Below, in pieces: positions 60,801 through 63,800 of a stretch of 64,000 nt of DNA. The notes below the pieces were generated by a model that was not told the DNA's origin, did no database searches, and saw nothing but the letters and a program-made list of their open reading frames with translations. A program made the translations under genes and the position numbers. This stretch comes from an uncultured Planctomycetales bacterium. Lineage in GTDB: Bacteria; Omnitrophota; Gorgyraeia; Zapsychrales; JANLHA01. The stretch spans positions 22,148 through 86,147 of the forward strand of contig CAYVEC010000004.1 of NCBI GenBank assembly GCA_964450385.1, in the 5' to 3' direction. Each line of letters opens with the position of its first letter. Position 1 is the first letter of the stretch.

Positions 60801-63800
60801 CTATGCCAGGATCATGCAGGATGTGATCCTTGAGTTACAAGAAAAGGCCGGCATCTTAAAAGGCGAGGCCCAGGGGGGCGCGCTTTATAGAGCGATTACG
60901 GCAGCCTTGGCCGCTGATGTGATCGAACGCTTTGGTTCCGGACTGGCAGCGGCCAAGTTTTTGACGGAAGTTGCGTCAGAGAAACCTCACAAAGACTTTG
61001 TTGCTGTAATGAAGGCATGCGAGCGGTTAAGTGATTTAGAAAAAATGGAATTTTCAAGGGCCATAGAGTATATATCGGCACATGTTGCCAAAAGATTGCC
61101 GGAGCTTGAGGCCAAACACGGATTCTCATTAAAGTTCGCCCATATTAGTTATATTCCGCCAGAGGTCTCTCATTATATTAAGAACTCCAGCGGTTCGGTG
61201 CCTAGTGCTGACTGCACCATGAAGGACCTCTTTTTGCAGTTGTATAAGATTGTCGGGACTCCGGGGACGCAGGCGAGCGTTGAAAGTCTTCCGCCGAGGA
61301 CAGAATCACGGCACGACTGGGGCGAGGTTTTTGAACAGGTCCTGACAGAGGTCACGTCAAAAGTAGCGACCGATCCTAACGGAGAAATATACTTTGCTTA
61401 TGATGCGCGCGGGCGATACAACCCGATTTCAGTCGAAAGGGTGGCGCTGCGGGAGACGCTGATTACGGTCAGACCGGGCCAGCAGACAATGACTTTCGAT
61501 ATGGCACGTTATTTTGGCAAGCCGATTGGAGATGGAGTTTATATCGTCGCTCTTCAGCCGTGGCCGAAGGTTGTGCCCGAGCATTGGATGTTTGTTGATC
61601 CTGCAAAAGGGAACGCTCCCGTAGATCCGAAACGCCTCGTGTGTCAGATAGAGCTCTTTACCTCAGGAAGTTTAACACCGGTAGATGTTAAGACGCTGCG
61701 CGGCGGTGAACAGTTGGTGATTAACAATCGCGAGTCGCGCGAAAAAATTACACACATGAGGATTCGAAATGACTCAGAAAATATTAATAGCCATGAAGAC
61801 GCTTCAACGATCGTCATTTTAATTCCAGGTATTGAGGAGGACAATCCATTAAAGTGTTTTGGCGGACAGTCCTTTGTTGGGGCTGATTATGGGATGACGG
61901 GCGATGCGTTTGAGCAGGATTCGCGATTCATCGAGATGGCCGAGACATATTTCACAGGCGACAGGGACGCGACTAGGAAGGCGCTCATTTCTTGGCAAGA
62001 GGGATTTAAGAGCCGTTTAAATAAGGACGTCTCGATCGAACAATTGTTAAACGTGAAGATCGCGGAAGACCAGAAAGGGGCCACGGAATATTTTTATGTT
62101 CTTAATGCTGATGGGACAAGGACCGGACAGATCAAGCCGCGTCACCTTGTTCATCGAGACGGAGACTGGCACGCGTCTGTTTATGTGATGCTTTTTGACA
62201 AAGAAGGGAATGTTATTCTTCAGCGTCGATCCAAGAATCGGCAGACGGATCCTTTCAGGCTTGATGGCGCGGCCTGTGGCCATACCGCTCTTGAGCTTGA
62301 TTATCGAAAAGCGGCGGCCAAGGAGGCGAATGAGGAATTAGGGCTTGAGATCGAGCCACAGGACCTTATTTTAATCGGCCGAGAGAATCAGTATCTTGAT
62401 GTTTTTGATATGGTGGATAGGGATGGAAATGAGCTCCACAACAGAGGCATGACAACGGTTTTTGCCTACGTGCTTCCTGACGGCATAACATCGCAGGACC
62501 TGCGTTTTAGCAGGGAAGAGGTCGACAGCCTGGAAAGCCGGCCGTTTGCTGACGAAGTGTGGCGCGTTCAGCAACTGCCGGGCGACTATGCGACAGTTAA
62601 GAATTTCCTTCAGCCGGGGTCTGAGGTCGTCCGGCTCCTTGGGGAAGCGTTTGAGAACGAGGTGCGCCAGCGTCTTGAGGCTCCTGGAATCTTCATCAGT
62701 GATAAAGATGGTACGATCGTAGAGGCCAGCGAGGCGATCGATCCGGAGATGCTGCAGCAGTTGATGGTGCTGCTCGGTTTGAATATGCACGTGATGATCC
62801 TGACCGGTGCTATTTTTGAACATGGGCTTGCGACGGTGATCGACCCGATCGAGGCCGAGGCCCGGCGCCGTGGCCTGGCAGATCGTCTGCCGAACATCCG
62901 GTATTACTTTATCAGCGGCAATGGATGGATGACATGGGATCAGGAAGGCCGGCGCGCGATCCGTTATATTGAGCAGAGGTTCTCTGACGATGAGCTTTGT
63001 ATCATGGCCGTGAGTTTGGCGTCCTCGTTTATGGATGGCGTTGGGGAGAGGGCCGGCGGCGAGATCATTCTTGAGCCGTATCGCTCTCGGATTGACGCCG
63101 TGCGGTCGATCACGGAAGCGCAGCAGGTCTTCGGGGAATTCATTGAAAGGAATATTGAGACGACCGGTTTTGTCCGGATCGATAATGGCGATGATCGCAT
63201 GGTCATTCTCGAATTAAAGGCCTCACAGCACCGGCTTGCCCGGCCGGCATGGCGTCGAGATGATTTTGTGAGGGTTGTGTATGAGCGCGCATTGTCGCGC
63301 CTCACGGAGCGTGGGGTTACGGTGCCGGTCCATCATTATGGCGCGACGTTCATTGATTTCAACCAGCGCAACAAGAAAGAAACGTTCCGCAGGATCATGG
63401 ACGAGCCGGCCTTCCGGAGGTCTCCGGTCTATGCCTTTGGAGATGGGGCCAATGACTACGAGTTTTTGAATGATCCGGTATCTTATGGCCGAAAGAAGGC
63501 CTTCCTTGTTCGGGCGCCGCAGAGCGGATCCGAGGAACGATTAAAGAATGTCACGATCTGGAGAGCAGAAGGACCCGCAGGCACGAAGGAGATCATTAAG
63601 TCTATTGTTTTTCCTGAAATGATCGGACGAAGGTGGGGCATGGGTGTTGGTAAGGATATCGCGGAGATGATGTCGTTCTTCGGCGGCGACATCGAAAGGG
63701 CCCGCGGGGCCTTGATCGGGTGGCAGCGTGAGTTGAAGGAAAAGATCGGTCAGGACAAGAGCCTCGAGCAGATGACGACCTTTAAGGATGACGCGCATTC

